Source: Candidatus Gastranaerophilales bacterium (GTDB lineage Bacteria; Cyanobacteriota; Vampirovibrionia; Gastranaerophilales; Gastranaerophilaceae). Taken from it: a stretch of 64,000 nucleotides of DNA. The translations under genes and the position numbers were made by a program. The stretch spans positions 166 to 64,165 of the forward strand of contig CALUWH010000006.1 of the NCBI GenBank assembly GCA_944324435.1, written 5' to 3'. Under the pieces are notes generated by a model. That model made no database searches. It was not told where the DNA came from and was given only the letters and a program-made list of their open reading frames with translations. This document shows positions 16,553-26,502 of the stretch, in pieces (the first letter of the stretch is position 1; each line of letters starts with the position of its first letter).

Positions 16553-17454
16553 TAAAACTCCTCTTCAGCAGCCGGGCTGCAAGAAATTATATTGAACTCG
16601 TTGTCCCATGTAATTTCTCCCTGCGGCTCAAGGTTATGGTACCTGTAGACATTTTCTATATACTCCGGCCTAAATAATCCTTTTTTACCCAGAATTTGGA
16701 TAATTTCCGGAAGGAGTTTTGTACTGCCGGCAATTGTTCCGTCCGCAGATACCGCCTTCTTGCCGTCATAATAGATTTTTGAATCCGCAAATACCGTTTC
16801 TTTTACTGTGCTGTACGTTATTGGAAGCGAGTCGCTGATTAAGATAACTTTATCCGTAGGTTTTGATTTAAAAAACAACTTTAAAGCTTCATCACTTACG
16901 TGAAGGCCGTCCCCTATTATTTCCGCATAAGCGTCATCATCAACAAGCGCAGAAAGCGCGGTCGAACTCCCTCTGTGAGAAACCGGAGCCATTGCATTGA
17001 ATGTATGAGTAGCTGCATCAATGTTTCCCCAGCCTGTACAGTGACCGGCCTGAACTTTAATACCTTTGGATTTTAGATAATCAATCAGTCCCTCATCAAG
17101 CTCCGGAGCTAGTGTTACTATTTTTATAAATTCGTCTTCTATTCTTTTGTAATTTTCAACCGTTAGAGTTAGAAAGTGCTCCGGATTATGAATCCCCTTT
17201 TTTGCAGGATTAATGAAAATTCCTTCAAGATGTATTCCCAGGATTTCCGGTGTGAACCTTGAAGCCCGTTTTATTTCTTCAATTTGGCGCTTGATATTTT
17301 GAACAGAGTCAGTCACTAGTGTAGGGAAAAAACCGCCAATACCGATTCCTCGCAGTTTTATCGCTAATTCTGAAATATCCTCCGCACTTGCCGTATTGAA
17401 ATTTACGCCGTAAGCGCCATGGAAATGCTGTTCTATAATCAAAGGTGTTTTCAT
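16552..17454 (-). CDS. NagA-like amidohydrolase (N-acetylglucosamine-6-phosphate deacetylase family, short form)
   Basis: Motifs HFHGAYGVNF, GIHLEGIFINPAKKGIH, VTLAPE, THTFNAM, GDGLHV and ISDS. The TAATG overlap with the murE stop suggests coupling. Confidence 0.7.
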   Translation of the reverse strand: MKTPLIIEQHFHGAYGVNFNTASAEDISELAIKLRGIGIGGFFPTLVTDSVQNIKRQIEEIKRASRFTPEILGIHLEGIFINPAKKGIHNPEHFLTLTVENYKRIEDEFIKIVTLAPELDEGLIDYLKSKGIKVQAGHCTGWGNIDAATHTFNAMAPVSHRGSSTALSALVDDDAYAEIIGDGLHVSDEALKLFFKSKPTDKVILISDSLPITYSTVKETVFADSKIYYDGKKAVSADGTIAGSTKLLPEIIQILGKKGLFRPEYIENVYRYHNLEPQGEITWDNEFNIISCSPAAEEEF

Positions 17455-18914
17455 TATTCTCCGAAGATTTCTCTGACTTTTTCCCTATCATCAAAATGGA
17501 TTGTCTCATTTGCAAGAATCTGGTAGTTTTCATGCCCCTTGCCTGCAACCAGTACAACATCACGAGGCCCTGCAATCTTTCTTGCCTCCTTGATTGCAAG
17601 CTCCCTGTCAGGTTCTACAATAACATCATTCACGCTTCTGAATCCTGAAAGAATATCTGTTATAATTTGCTGCGGATTTTCAGAGCGCGGATTGTCGCTT
17701 GTCACAATAACTTTATCTGCCAGCTCTTCTGCAATTCTTCCCATTTTAGGACGTTTGGTTGTGTCTCTGTCACCACCGCATCCAAATATACAGATTAATT
17801 TACCATCACTTGGCGTAATATCTCTTGCAGCCTTCAAAACATTTTCCAAACCGTCCGGAGTGTGTGCATAATCTACAATGACCGTAGGCTGGTTAACAAT
17901 TACCTCAAACCTTCCTATAACTCCGCCAATTTCTTCCAAACACTTTATCGTAACATCTATATCAAAATTCATTGCGATTGCTGTTGAAATTGCAGCAAGC
18001 ACGTTGTAAACCGAGAACATACCGTTCATCTTTAGTCGAACCGGATACTCTTTGCCGTTGATTACGCAAATGAAAGAAGCGCCGTTATGTGTAAATTCTA
18101 CATCTTTTGCAGAAATATCCGCAGGCATATTGATTCCGTAAGTAAATACGTTTACGGAGGGTGAAATAGTCTCCATAAATCTTCCGGCATACTCACTGTC
18201 AGCATTGATTACTGCAAAGTCACCGGCGACAAGGTGTTCAAATAACAGAGCCTTCGCTTTAAAATAATTATTCATTGTAATATGGAAATCCAGATGATCC
18301 TGAGTTAAATTTGTAAACACCGCTCCGTTAAAGTCACAAAAATCTACTCTATGCTGCACAAGAGCGTGTGACGACACTTCCATAACTACATTGGGTATAC
18401 ACTTTTCATTAATATTGTACAGAATCTCCTGCAAATCAGGCGCTTGCGGCGTTGTATGCTTAGCGTCATGATAAGAATCCGAGGAAGAAAATTTGTTTCC
18501 AAGCGTTCCGATTAAAGCACATTGTCTGTTATTTGCTTCAAACACTTTCTGTATCAAATGCGTAACAGTAGTCTTGCCGTTTGTGCCGGTGACTCCTATT
18601 ATATTCAATTTTCTGGACGGATTGGCGTAAAATAAACTTGCAACCTCAGCAATCATTTCGCTGGTATCACTTACAACAATCTGCGGCGCATCGAGATTAA
18701 GCCTTCTTTCAACAATACAAACGCACGCTCCATTTGCCACGGCTTCCTCCGCATACTCATGACCGTCAACATGTTCTCCCGACAAGCAGAAGAAAATATC
18801 TCCGGGTACAGTCTTTTTGGAATTGTAAGAGATTCCGGTCACTTCTTCCGATTGGTCATCCAGATTAACCAGCTCTATATAACTTATATTGTCTATTAAA
18901 TTTCTTAATTTCAT
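17454..18914 (-). CDS. murE: UDP-N-acetylmuramoyl-L-alanyl-D-glutamate--2,6-diaminopimelate ligase
   Basis: GVTGTNGKTT P-loop and the TSDNPRSENP (DNPR) motif. Confidence 0.9.
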   Translation of the reverse strand: MKLRNLIDNISYIELVNLDDQSEEVTGISYNSKKTVPGDIFFCLSGEHVDGHEYAEEAVANGACVCIVERRLNLDAPQIVVSDTSEMIAEVASLFYANPSRKLNIIGVTGTNGKTTVTHLIQKVFEANNRQCALIGTLGNKFSSSDSYHDAKHTTPQAPDLQEILYNINEKCIPNVVMEVSSHALVQHRVDFCDFNGAVFTNLTQDHLDFHITMNNYFKAKALLFEHLVAGDFAVINADSEYAGRFMETISPSVNVFTYGINMPADISAKDVEFTHNGASFICVINGKEYPVRLKMNGMFSVYNVLAAISTAIAMNFDIDVTIKCLEEIGGVIGRFEVIVNQPTVIVDYAHTPDGLENVLKAARDITPSDGKLICIFGCGGDRDTTKRPKMGRIAEELADKVIVTSDNPRSENPQQIITDILSGFRSVNDVIVEPDRELAIKEARKIAGPRDVVLVAGKGHENYQILANETIHFDDREKVREIFGE

Positions 18915-20629
18915 ATTTTTCCTCCAATTTTATCCGGTTGTAAGTTTAAAATGTGTGATATTTGGGTTGAAATTTCCTTGAATATTGGTGCTGCAACTGT
19001 ATTTCCCCAGATTTCTCCGCCCTGAGCAGAATCTACTATTACATAAATCAGAACCTGTGGGTCACTGGACGGCATATATCCAACAATTGAGGTATATAGT
19101 TTATTTGTATAACCGGAGCCGTTTTCTTTTGGCTTGATTGATGTACCGGTTTTTGCGGCTATATTAAAGCTGTTTGATTTAATGGTTGAACGGCCGCGAT
19201 TTATTCCTTCCGTAAGAAGTTCTGTGACAATTCTTGCATGCTCAGGCGTCATAACCCTAATTTTTTTTATTTTCGTTTCCTCTTCTTCCGGGGAGTATTT
19301 AATTACATGAGGTGTTATCCAAATCCCGTCATTGGCAATTGCTGCAATTGCCGCAACCATTTGTATCGCAGTAACCGATGAACCGTAACCGTACCCCATG
19401 GAGGCGTGATCAGAAGAATCCCATCGCCCGGCAGGTTTTAAAAGCCCCACTGATTCACCCGGAAGATCAATACCCGTTTTTTGCCCAAAACCAAACTTTT
19501 TGAGCATGTCATAAAATTCAAACCTGTCCATCATTTGTGCTACAACAACAGAACCAACATTGCTTGAATGCTCAAACAAATATACTAAATCTATCATTCC
19601 AGGCTTTGGATGTTTATTATAATCATAATTCTTTATAGTCCACCAGCCAACCTTAATTTTCCCGGTATCATTTATTTTTGTATATTTATTAATCTTTCCG
19701 AGCTCCAGAGCTGAAGCTACCGTTATTATTTTGAATGTTGATCCCGGGGGAAAAACATCAGTCAATGTCCAGTTTTTTATCTGAAAATTTGTTGCATTCT
19801 TAAAATTATTCGGATCATAGTAAGGGTAAACGGCATAAGCAAGAATCTCTCCATTCCTCGGATTCATGACAATAACCGCCCCTCGATGTGCCTTAAATTT
19901 TTCTATAGATTTCATCAGCTCTTTTTCGCACACGTGCTGAACCGCAGCATCTATAGTTAATGTCACGTCTTTTCCTTTTACGGGTTTTGTTGCCGCAACC
20001 GGATCCGTAGATATGTTATAAATGACTTTTCCCTTGGGTGTCATCTCTAATTCAGATTCTCTGGTGACACTCTCAAGCTTGTCTTTTGCCGTGAGTTCTA
20101 CTCCGGAAGCAACGTCCGCATCAAAGTTATAATATCCCAGAACATGCGCCGCCAAAGTCCCCTGTGGGTAAGTGCGAATGCTCTTTTTATCCATCGGGAT
20201 TTCTCTGAGATTAAGCGCGGCTATCTTATCCCTCGTATGCCTGTCTACATTTTTTTTTAAAGATATGAGCGAGACATTTTGCCTCAGTTTTTCGGTCAAA
20301 TCAACTTGTGAAATCTTTAGTATAGGGGCAAGAATTTTTGCCAGCTCCTCCGGAGAGTGTACAAAATCTTCCTTCCTTGCAAAAATATCAAAATATACAG
20401 TATCCGTTGCAAGTTTTATTCCGTTGCGGTCATAAATATTACCGCGCATTACAAAAGCGCTTGCGCGTCTCTGATTTTTAGCCTTAATTCTAAAATGACG
20501 CACATCCAAAACCTGAACGCAGAAAAGATAGATAACGAACAAAAATACTGCAAACACAAATATAATCTGAAGCCACATCAGACGGTCAGAAAACTGTTTA
20601 TTTTTATTGATATTTCCATTCTTCTCCAT
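18911..20629 (-). CDS. ftsI: Penicillin-binding protein (FtsI/PBP2-type transpeptidase)
   Basis: N-terminal TM segment, then STFK, SSN and KTGT motifs. Confidence 0.85.
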   Translation of the reverse strand: MEKNGNINKNKQFSDRLMWLQIIFVFAVFLFVIYLFCVQVLDVRHFRIKAKNQRRASAFVMRGNIYDRNGIKLATDTVYFDIFARKEDFVHSPEELAKILAPILKISQVDLTEKLRQNVSLISLKKNVDRHTRDKIAALNLREIPMDKKSIRTYPQGTLAAHVLGYYNFDADVASGVELTAKDKLESVTRESELEMTPKGKVIYNISTDPVAATKPVKGKDVTLTIDAAVQHVCEKELMKSIEKFKAHRGAVIVMNPRNGEILAYAVYPYYDPNNFKNATNFQIKNWTLTDVFPPGSTFKIITVASALELGKINKYTKINDTGKIKVGWWTIKNYDYNKHPKPGMIDLVYLFEHSSNVGSVVVAQMMDRFEFYDMLKKFGFGQKTGIDLPGESVGLLKPAGRWDSSDHASMGYGYGSSVTAIQMVAAIAAIANDGIWITPHVIKYSPEEEETKIKKIRVMTPEHARIVTELLTEGINRGRSTIKSNSFNIAAKTGTSIKPKENGSGYTNKLYTSIVGYMPSSDPQVLIYVIVDSAQGGEIWGNTVAAPIFKEISTQISHILNLQPDKIGGKI

Positions 20630-20684
20630 ATTCTCCCCTATGGATTAAATAATACCACAATCAGGATTAATAATGAATAGGGTT

Positions 20685-21176
20685 TTATGAATCATGCAAT
20701 ACAATTTGTCCGCTCTCAAGTGTCGGCTTTACATCAATAACCCTCTGGTTTGAACTCCCGACCCAATGAATCTTATTGTCAAGAAGTTCCTGTACAAATT
20801 TACCTTCGGCAACAACATCCATATCCGCAATCTCCGGAATATCTTTAATCTCCTCCCAGAGAAATCCGGTATACAGCCATATAGTTTTTTGGGGGAGTTC
20901 TTTCCTAATCTTCTTTGCAATCCTGAAAACTTCTTCCCTGTTAAAAGGATGTAGAGGATCGCCTCCCGAGAAAGTAATCCCAGATATATGAGGTCTTGCA
21001 AGCGCTTCAAAAAGCTCATTTTCTGCGGCTTCATCATAAGGAATTCCGCCTGCCACATCCCACGTAATAGGATTCTGACAGCCGGGACAGTGGTGAGTGC
21101 ACCCTGATACCCACAGCACAACTCTTAATCCGTCGCCGTTTAACATGTCGTCTTTTGTTATGTTGTGATAATTCAT
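20685..21176 (-). CDS. nrdG: Anaerobic ribonucleoside-triphosphate reductase activating protein
   Basis: Radical-SAM cluster motif GCTHHCPGCQN and an NrdG-like size. Confidence 0.85.
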   Translation of the reverse strand: MNYHNITKDDMLNGDGLRVVLWVSGCTHHCPGCQNPITWDVAGGIPYDEAAENELFEALARPHISGITFSGGDPLHPFNREEVFRIAKKIRKELPQKTIWLYTGFLWEEIKDIPEIADMDVVAEGKFVQELLDNKIHWVGSSNQRVIDVKPTLESGQIVLHDS

Positions 21177-21428
21177 TTTTTACTCCATTTACAATTAGAT
21201 TTTTTCTATATACTACACACACCTTGTGGGAGGGCCGAAATCTTTGATTTTGAGGAGGAGTTTATTGACGTCTATTGTTGGGCTGAAGGCCCTGCGTTCT
21301 ACACCAAATTACGCTACCTCCCGAACTGGTAAGATGCTGAAACGAGTTCAGCAGGACACAGAGAGTAATATTTTTGAATATAGTCAGGCGCACGACTAAA
21401 AAGCCCTGCGCCTGATTACGTAAAACTA

Positions 21429-23705
21429 TTACATACTAACTCTGTCTTTGATTTCTTCCATCTTGTGATCAGCAAGTCTGGAATCACCTTTTACTCTTGA
21501 ATATGCAAGATAACCGTTCATTCTTTCAATCTTAGTAAGATTCTTAGAACCGCATTTCGGACATACATCCATATTCAATTCCTGATGACCGCAGTCATCG
21601 CAGTATGAAAGCGATAAGTTAACACCTTCATAGAAACCTTTATCCATAGCTCTGTTAATCAAAGTCTCTACAGCTTCTGTATTATAATCAATCGGATATT
21701 TTACATACTGAATCTTTCCGCCGTTGAATAAATCCCAGAATCTGCCTTCCAAATCCTGCTTTTCAATAGGACTTATCTGTTCTGATACATGGCAGTGGAA
21801 TGAGTTTGAAATATACGGCTTGTCAGAAACATTTGCAACAATTCCATATTTCTTTCTGAACTGCTTAATCTGAAGACCGCATAAATTTTCGGCAGGAGTT
21901 CCGTAAATAGCATAAAGTATTCCGTCTTCTTCCTTGTATTCCTGAATCTTCTTATTAATATATTCCATAACTTCCAGAGCGAACTGACCGTCTTCAACAA
22001 GAGACTTTCCGTTATGAATTTCCTGCAATTCATTCAATGCAGTGATACCGAATGAAGCTGTTGAAGATTTCAAAATCGGTCTGATTTTATCATGAATACC
22101 CAAATGTCCGCCTAAGAAACCGCCTTCGCAGAATGCTAACGGGTTGATAGACGCCTTCATTTCTCCAAGGTAATCATAAGTTCTGATATGAAGCTGTCTT
22201 ATAAGTTCCATATAATAATCAAGAACTTCATAAAAATCCTTGCTTTCCTTTTTAGCCTTAGCGTAAATCATAGGCAGGTGAAGGCTTATTGCACCGATAT
22301 TAAATCTTCCTACAAAAATCGGAGCATCATTTTCATCAGCCGGTTTCATACCGCCTCTTTCAAACCAAGGTGAAAGAAACGCTCTGCATCCCATCGGAGA
22401 TACAACTCTTTTGTATTTTTTATACATAGAGGCAACATAACCTTCGCCTGACAGTGAAAGCCAGTCAGGATACATTGTCTTTTTAGAGCATTCAACACCG
22501 GCTTTGAATAAATCTTCGTTTACTTTGCCTTCGCCGTGAAGCTCTTTATCATATAAGAAAACAATCTTCGGGAACAGAACCGGTTTTTTGCATTCTTTTT
22601 TGCCCTGTCCGCCCATTCTTATTTTAAGCATTGTCTTTGTAGCCATCTTTTCATAAAGACCGGTTCCGAGACCTGCTGTTACGGTAATGAACGGATAGTC
22701 GCCTCTTGAAGATGCAACTGTATTAAATTTGTATTCCCAGCCCTGGAATCCTTGTTCAAAGTCTTTTTGAACATCATTCAAAGCTGCTTCTCTTGCTTTT
22801 TCAAAATCAAGACCTAAACAAATATATTTGTTGTACTGTCTTTCATAAGTTTTTTCAGCGTAAGGAGCAAGAATCTTATCGACTTCTGCTACGGTAAATC
22901 CGCCGTATTGCTGACTTGCTGCAGCCATAACAATATCGCCGATTACGTCAAACGCAACATCTAGAGACTTTGGCTCATTATACCAGAGATTACCCATCTC
23001 AAATCCGCCTTTTAAAACTGATGCAACATCAAACAAACAGCAGTTCATAGTGTCGCGTCTTGCGGACATATCGTGGATATAGATATAACCGTCTCTTATT
23101 GCCTGAAGCTCATCTACAGTAAGGAAGAATTTTTTATAAAGTTCCTTATTCAGTTCATTGAATATTAATGAACGTTTTGTAGATACAAGAGTTGAATCAG
23201 CATTAGCGTTTTCTTTATCGCCAATGTACATAATTCTTTGAGATTCTTGATAAACTTTGTCTAGCATGTGTACGAAATCCTGTTTATAGTTTCTGTAATT
23301 TCTGTAACTGCTTGCGACTTTCGGGTTAATGTGTTCAAGCGCACCCTCAACCAGATTGTGCATATCAGCTATTGTGACTTCGGTTTTATTCATTTTTACA
23401 ATGTTGCTGTCAACAAAGTCGCATATTTCTTTTAATTCCACATCTGACAATTCTACTAACACTCTTGTAGCAGATTTTTTTACAGCGTTTACAATTTTAT
23501 TATTATCGAACTCTTCTCTGGTTCCGTCTTTTTTAATCACGCAGACGCAATTTGCTTTGATAGGAGTAATTTGCGCAGTTTTAGACATCTCATTCAGTTT
23601 TGAAACCGGAGATATTGTTGAACCTTTTATTACATCTGTTGTTGTTTTTGTTGTTGGTGAGGTAAATTCTACTATATTTCTTTCCTTATTTAAACTGTTT
23701 TGCAT
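21429..23705 (-). CDS. nrdD: Anaerobic ribonucleoside-triphosphate reductase (class III)
   Basis: ATP-cone N-terminus (VIKKDGTREEFDNNKI). The C-terminal Zn site is CDDCGH...CPKCGS and the glycyl-radical region is RMNGYLAY. Confidence 0.9.
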   Translation of the reverse strand: MQNSLNKERNIVEFTSPTTKTTTDVIKGSTISPVSKLNEMSKTAQITPIKANCVCVIKKDGTREEFDNNKIVNAVKKSATRVLVELSDVELKEICDFVDSNIVKMNKTEVTIADMHNLVEGALEHINPKVASSYRNYRNYKQDFVHMLDKVYQESQRIMYIGDKENANADSTLVSTKRSLIFNELNKELYKKFFLTVDELQAIRDGYIYIHDMSARRDTMNCCLFDVASVLKGGFEMGNLWYNEPKSLDVAFDVIGDIVMAAASQQYGGFTVAEVDKILAPYAEKTYERQYNKYICLGLDFEKAREAALNDVQKDFEQGFQGWEYKFNTVASSRGDYPFITVTAGLGTGLYEKMATKTMLKIRMGGQGKKECKKPVLFPKIVFLYDKELHGEGKVNEDLFKAGVECSKKTMYPDWLSLSGEGYVASMYKKYKRVVSPMGCRAFLSPWFERGGMKPADENDAPIFVGRFNIGAISLHLPMIYAKAKKESKDFYEVLDYYMELIRQLHIRTYDYLGEMKASINPLAFCEGGFLGGHLGIHDKIRPILKSSTASFGITALNELQEIHNGKSLVEDGQFALEVMEYINKKIQEYKEEDGILYAIYGTPAENLCGLQIKQFRKKYGIVANVSDKPYISNSFHCHVSEQISPIEKQDLEGRFWDLFNGGKIQYVKYPIDYNTEAVETLINRAMDKGFYEGVNLSLSYCDDCGHQELNMDVCPKCGSKNLTKIERMNGYLAYSRVKGDSRLADHKMEEIKDRVSM

Positions 23706-24161
23706 TGCCTTAAAAACCTCCTAATCTTACGTCAAGGCGAGCTATTTTATTTACTCTGCTTCCTTATATTTAGAGAATAACATTCTCTTCCCAAAATCTA
23801 ATCCTTTATATAAATGATAATTCAAAAAAGTATTCCAATCAACAAATTCACAAAAAGTCACAAAGGGAGCAAATTCAGTTTTGGCAGGGGTTTTACAAAA
23901 CTCAACATTGTTAATTTTGTAACGTTTTTTGCATGAAAAATTGTTAAATTTCTTGACAAACTCCGCACCTCTTAACAATTGTGAAACATACACTAGTTGA
24001 ATAAAACAATCACCCATGCCTTGAAAGAAATTTTTAGTATCCTTTTAGTATCCTGAGTCTAAAAATTTTGTAACATATCTTAATACAGCCGTTTTATTAA
24101 GCAATTTTTTCAATAAAATATACTTTATATTCATGTAGCAGGTTAGAAAGTTGGTGTCGTA

Positions 24162-25643
24162 ATGTCAATGGGCAGCTATTACAGCATGAATAATCCGTTT
24201 TATTCTCCAAATGTGAGTTTTAGGAATACTCAAAATTCTCCTGCACTTCCGGCTCCTATTGAAAAAGTAGAGACCACTATTAATGACACGGTTGATACAT
24301 TTGTTAAGAAGAGTGAAGAGGAAGAAAGAAAGGTTTCCAACAGAACGGCAGTAGCTGTAGGAAGCAGTGTTCTTGTTCTTTCCGGTTTAGTTGCACTGTT
24401 AAACCCTAAATTTTCCGGCAAGTTTATTAACCGCTTGAAATCTTGGGCTGCAAAGAGTGAAGCAAAAATAGATAAGAATAAAAATGACTTTGTGAAAAGC
24501 AAATTCTACGCCGGTGTCACTAAGATATTAAAAAATGTTGCCGATGCGTTCCAATTTACAAACAGCCTGAATGCTTCAAAGGATGTCGGGTTTAAGTGGC
24601 TGTGCACTGCGGAAAAATTTGGCGGTGTAAAAAACGAAACAACCCGAAACGTTTTACAAACCTGTGATAAAGGCTTCAGAAAAATAATGTCTAAAGTACA
24701 TTCATCAATTACAAATTGGTTTGACAGCATAAGCAAGCATACTGTTCATGGTAAATACAAACAAGCCGGCAACAAGCTGGATTCTCTTGAGAACATGATA
24801 AAAACATACCGCAATAAACTTCCTCGCGAGGAAAGGTTAAAAATAGATGCAAAGCTTCAAGAGATTACATCCGCCCGAGAGTATTTCTCTGTATCTCAAA
24901 CAAATGCGCGGCTTAAACATCAGGAAGACTTAATGTCTAATATAGAACACGATTTTGCTGCAAAATTAAAAGATTTTGCAGGAAACTTCCAGGGCTTAAA
25001 ATCAAAAGGAACATTCAAAGAAAAGTTCAATCACAATGTTAACAATGTTAAGGATAACATGTCTTTTTGGGCAGAAGACATGCTTATGCCTCAGCGAAAC
25101 AAGTTAGAGCAGGAAGGGATAGATGTTGTAAACAAGCTTATGGGCGACACAAAAACTCAGAAAGGTAAGTACGATGAAATTATTGATATTTTATCACCGC
25201 ATATAAGCAAAGAAGACAGGCATGTATTAGAAGTAAGTTTGCACAAAGCAGGAAGAAAACTGCGAAAAGCAAACCATAGTGAAAGTGTGGAATATTTTGA
25301 TAAAAAAAGAGATTTAATGCTTGGCGGCGCACCTATGGACATTTTAACAGGGCTCGGCGCGGTTGCTCTGAGCGGAATAGCTGTTGGTACTGCGCATGAT
25401 AAAGAGGACCGTATCTCAAGAGCTTTAACAGTCGGCTTTCCTGCGGTTGCAGGTATCGGAACATCTCTGGCGTTTACGGCAATGCTGTTTTCAGGAGTGC
25501 AGAGCCTTTTGTACGGTGCAATCTCCAGTGTTGTACTGAGTAAAATGGGAAGCGTTGCTGATAAATATTTGACACCCAAAAAGCCTGATATACAATTGGC
25601 TGATATAAATACAAAAGAAACGGAGGTTATAGTCAATGCTTAA
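24162..25643 (+). CDS. Hypothetical membrane protein (one N-proximal and two or three C-terminal TM segments)
   Basis: Long ORF with hydrophobic segments AVAVGSSVLVLSGLVALL and GLGAVALSGIAVG / FPAVAGIGTSLAFTAMLF. No known domain. Confidence 0.6.
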   Translation: MSMGSYYSMNNPFYSPNVSFRNTQNSPALPAPIEKVETTINDTVDTFVKKSEEEERKVSNRTAVAVGSSVLVLSGLVALLNPKFSGKFINRLKSWAAKSEAKIDKNKNDFVKSKFYAGVTKILKNVADAFQFTNSLNASKDVGFKWLCTAEKFGGVKNETTRNVLQTCDKGFRKIMSKVHSSITNWFDSISKHTVHGKYKQAGNKLDSLENMIKTYRNKLPREERLKIDAKLQEITSAREYFSVSQTNARLKHQEDLMSNIEHDFAAKLKDFAGNFQGLKSKGTFKEKFNHNVNNVKDNMSFWAEDMLMPQRNKLEQEGIDVVNKLMGDTKTQKGKYDEIIDILSPHISKEDRHVLEVSLHKAGRKLRKANHSESVEYFDKKRDLMLGGAPMDILTGLGAVALSGIAVGTAHDKEDRISRALTVGFPAVAGIGTSLAFTAMLFSGVQSLLYGAISSVVLSKMGSVADKYLTPKKPDIQLADINTKETEVIVNA

Positions 25644-25648
25644 TGTAA

Positions 25649-26164
25649 TTAACGTAATTTTTCAACAATTTTTAGAACATTTTGTTTCAATGTTTCGTAA
25701 TCCTTGTTATTGTCGAGCAGAAAATCCCAGTCTTGAATATTGTCCAGATCAACTTCCGTAATATCGTTCTCGCCAACGAGCCTTCCCCCTCTTGCTTCCC
25801 GGATTTCGCGCGAAGCTTCTACGCGAATTGATATAGCGCCTGCTGCTTTAAAGACTTCGTATTCATATTTTATCCTGACATCGGTTACAACGATATCACC
25901 TTCCTGCGATATAATTTTTTTAATCCAATAATCCGGGCTCAGGCTTCGCCCCCGATTCCCGAGGTCAATTAAACCCTGACGATATTTTTGTTTATTATTT
26001 TCAATCTCGTCAAAAGTTAAGTTGTGAAGCCTTGCGTATTCAATTTTTATAATATCACCCATTGCAAAACGCCGAAAATCCGGCATTGCTTCCATAAGAA
26101 TCTTTGCTGCCGTATCTTTTCCGGAATATTGTTTGCCTGAAAAAATAATTATTTTATCCGCCAT
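25649..26164 (-). CDS. P-loop kinase resembling animal-type phosphomevalonate kinase / dNMP kinase family
   Basis: IIFSGKQYSGKDT P-loop. The by-eye alignment to human PMVK is collinear (FSGKRKSGKDF; VRVVALEQSRQQRG vs IRVEASREIREARG; FDWVIENH vs WDFLLDNN). Confidence 0.5.
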   Translation of the reverse strand: MADKIIIFSGKQYSGKDTAAKILMEAMPDFRRFAMGDIIKIEYARLHNLTFDEIENNKQKYRQGLIDLGNRGRSLSPDYWIKKIISQEGDIVVTDVRIKYEYEVFKAAGAISIRVEASREIREARGGRLVGENDITEVDLDNIQDWDFLLDNNKDYETLKQNVLKIVEKLR

Positions 26165-26502
26165 AATTTAAAATTTAGCACAGACAGGGACGGCTTGCAT
26201 AAAAAAATCATGGTTTGCAGTTTGGGGAAAAGTGATAAAGGGACTTATTTTGCCCATACCGCGGCAGGTTTTAAGGACATAAACAGATTTATCAGAAAAT
26301 ATTGATTGTAACATTTTTGTAACAAGAAAATTATAGTTGTAATATTCAGAAATTATGGTAAGATTAAAGATGAAGTAATATACTAAAATTCTAATCCTCT
26401 TGGAAAGTATAATAAAATAGTATAAACAATTGATTTCAAATCGGATAGCACAGAGTATATTTAGAGTAGATGAGAGTTACAAGTAGTTAGAAGTATAATA
26501 AC

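Noticed and set aside
20729-21121. 130-aa alternative-frame ORF inside nrdG, and several 60-110-aa antisense ORFs inside ftsI, murE, nrdD, dnaK, secD and atpD.
   Set aside because: The annotated frames carry diagnostic motifs and the alternative frames carry none. They are expected by chance in long genes.
23706-24161. NrdR boxes or a cobalamin riboswitch upstream of nrdD.
   Set aside because: Only short palindromes (aacattgtt at 23904-23912 and aacaattgt at 23974-23982, 70 bp apart) were seen. They do not match the 16-bp NrdR box consensus or its usual 21/31-32-bp pairing. No B12-box-like sequence was recognised.
26165-26502. c-di-GMP (GEMM) riboswitch in the long leader before the pilus cluster (gcacagacagggacggcttgca...).
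   Set aside because: There is superficial word similarity only. The conserved GGCAAA...GGGACGCAAAGCC core and paired P1/P2 helices could not be reconstructed by hand. An Infernal scan would be needed to revisit this.
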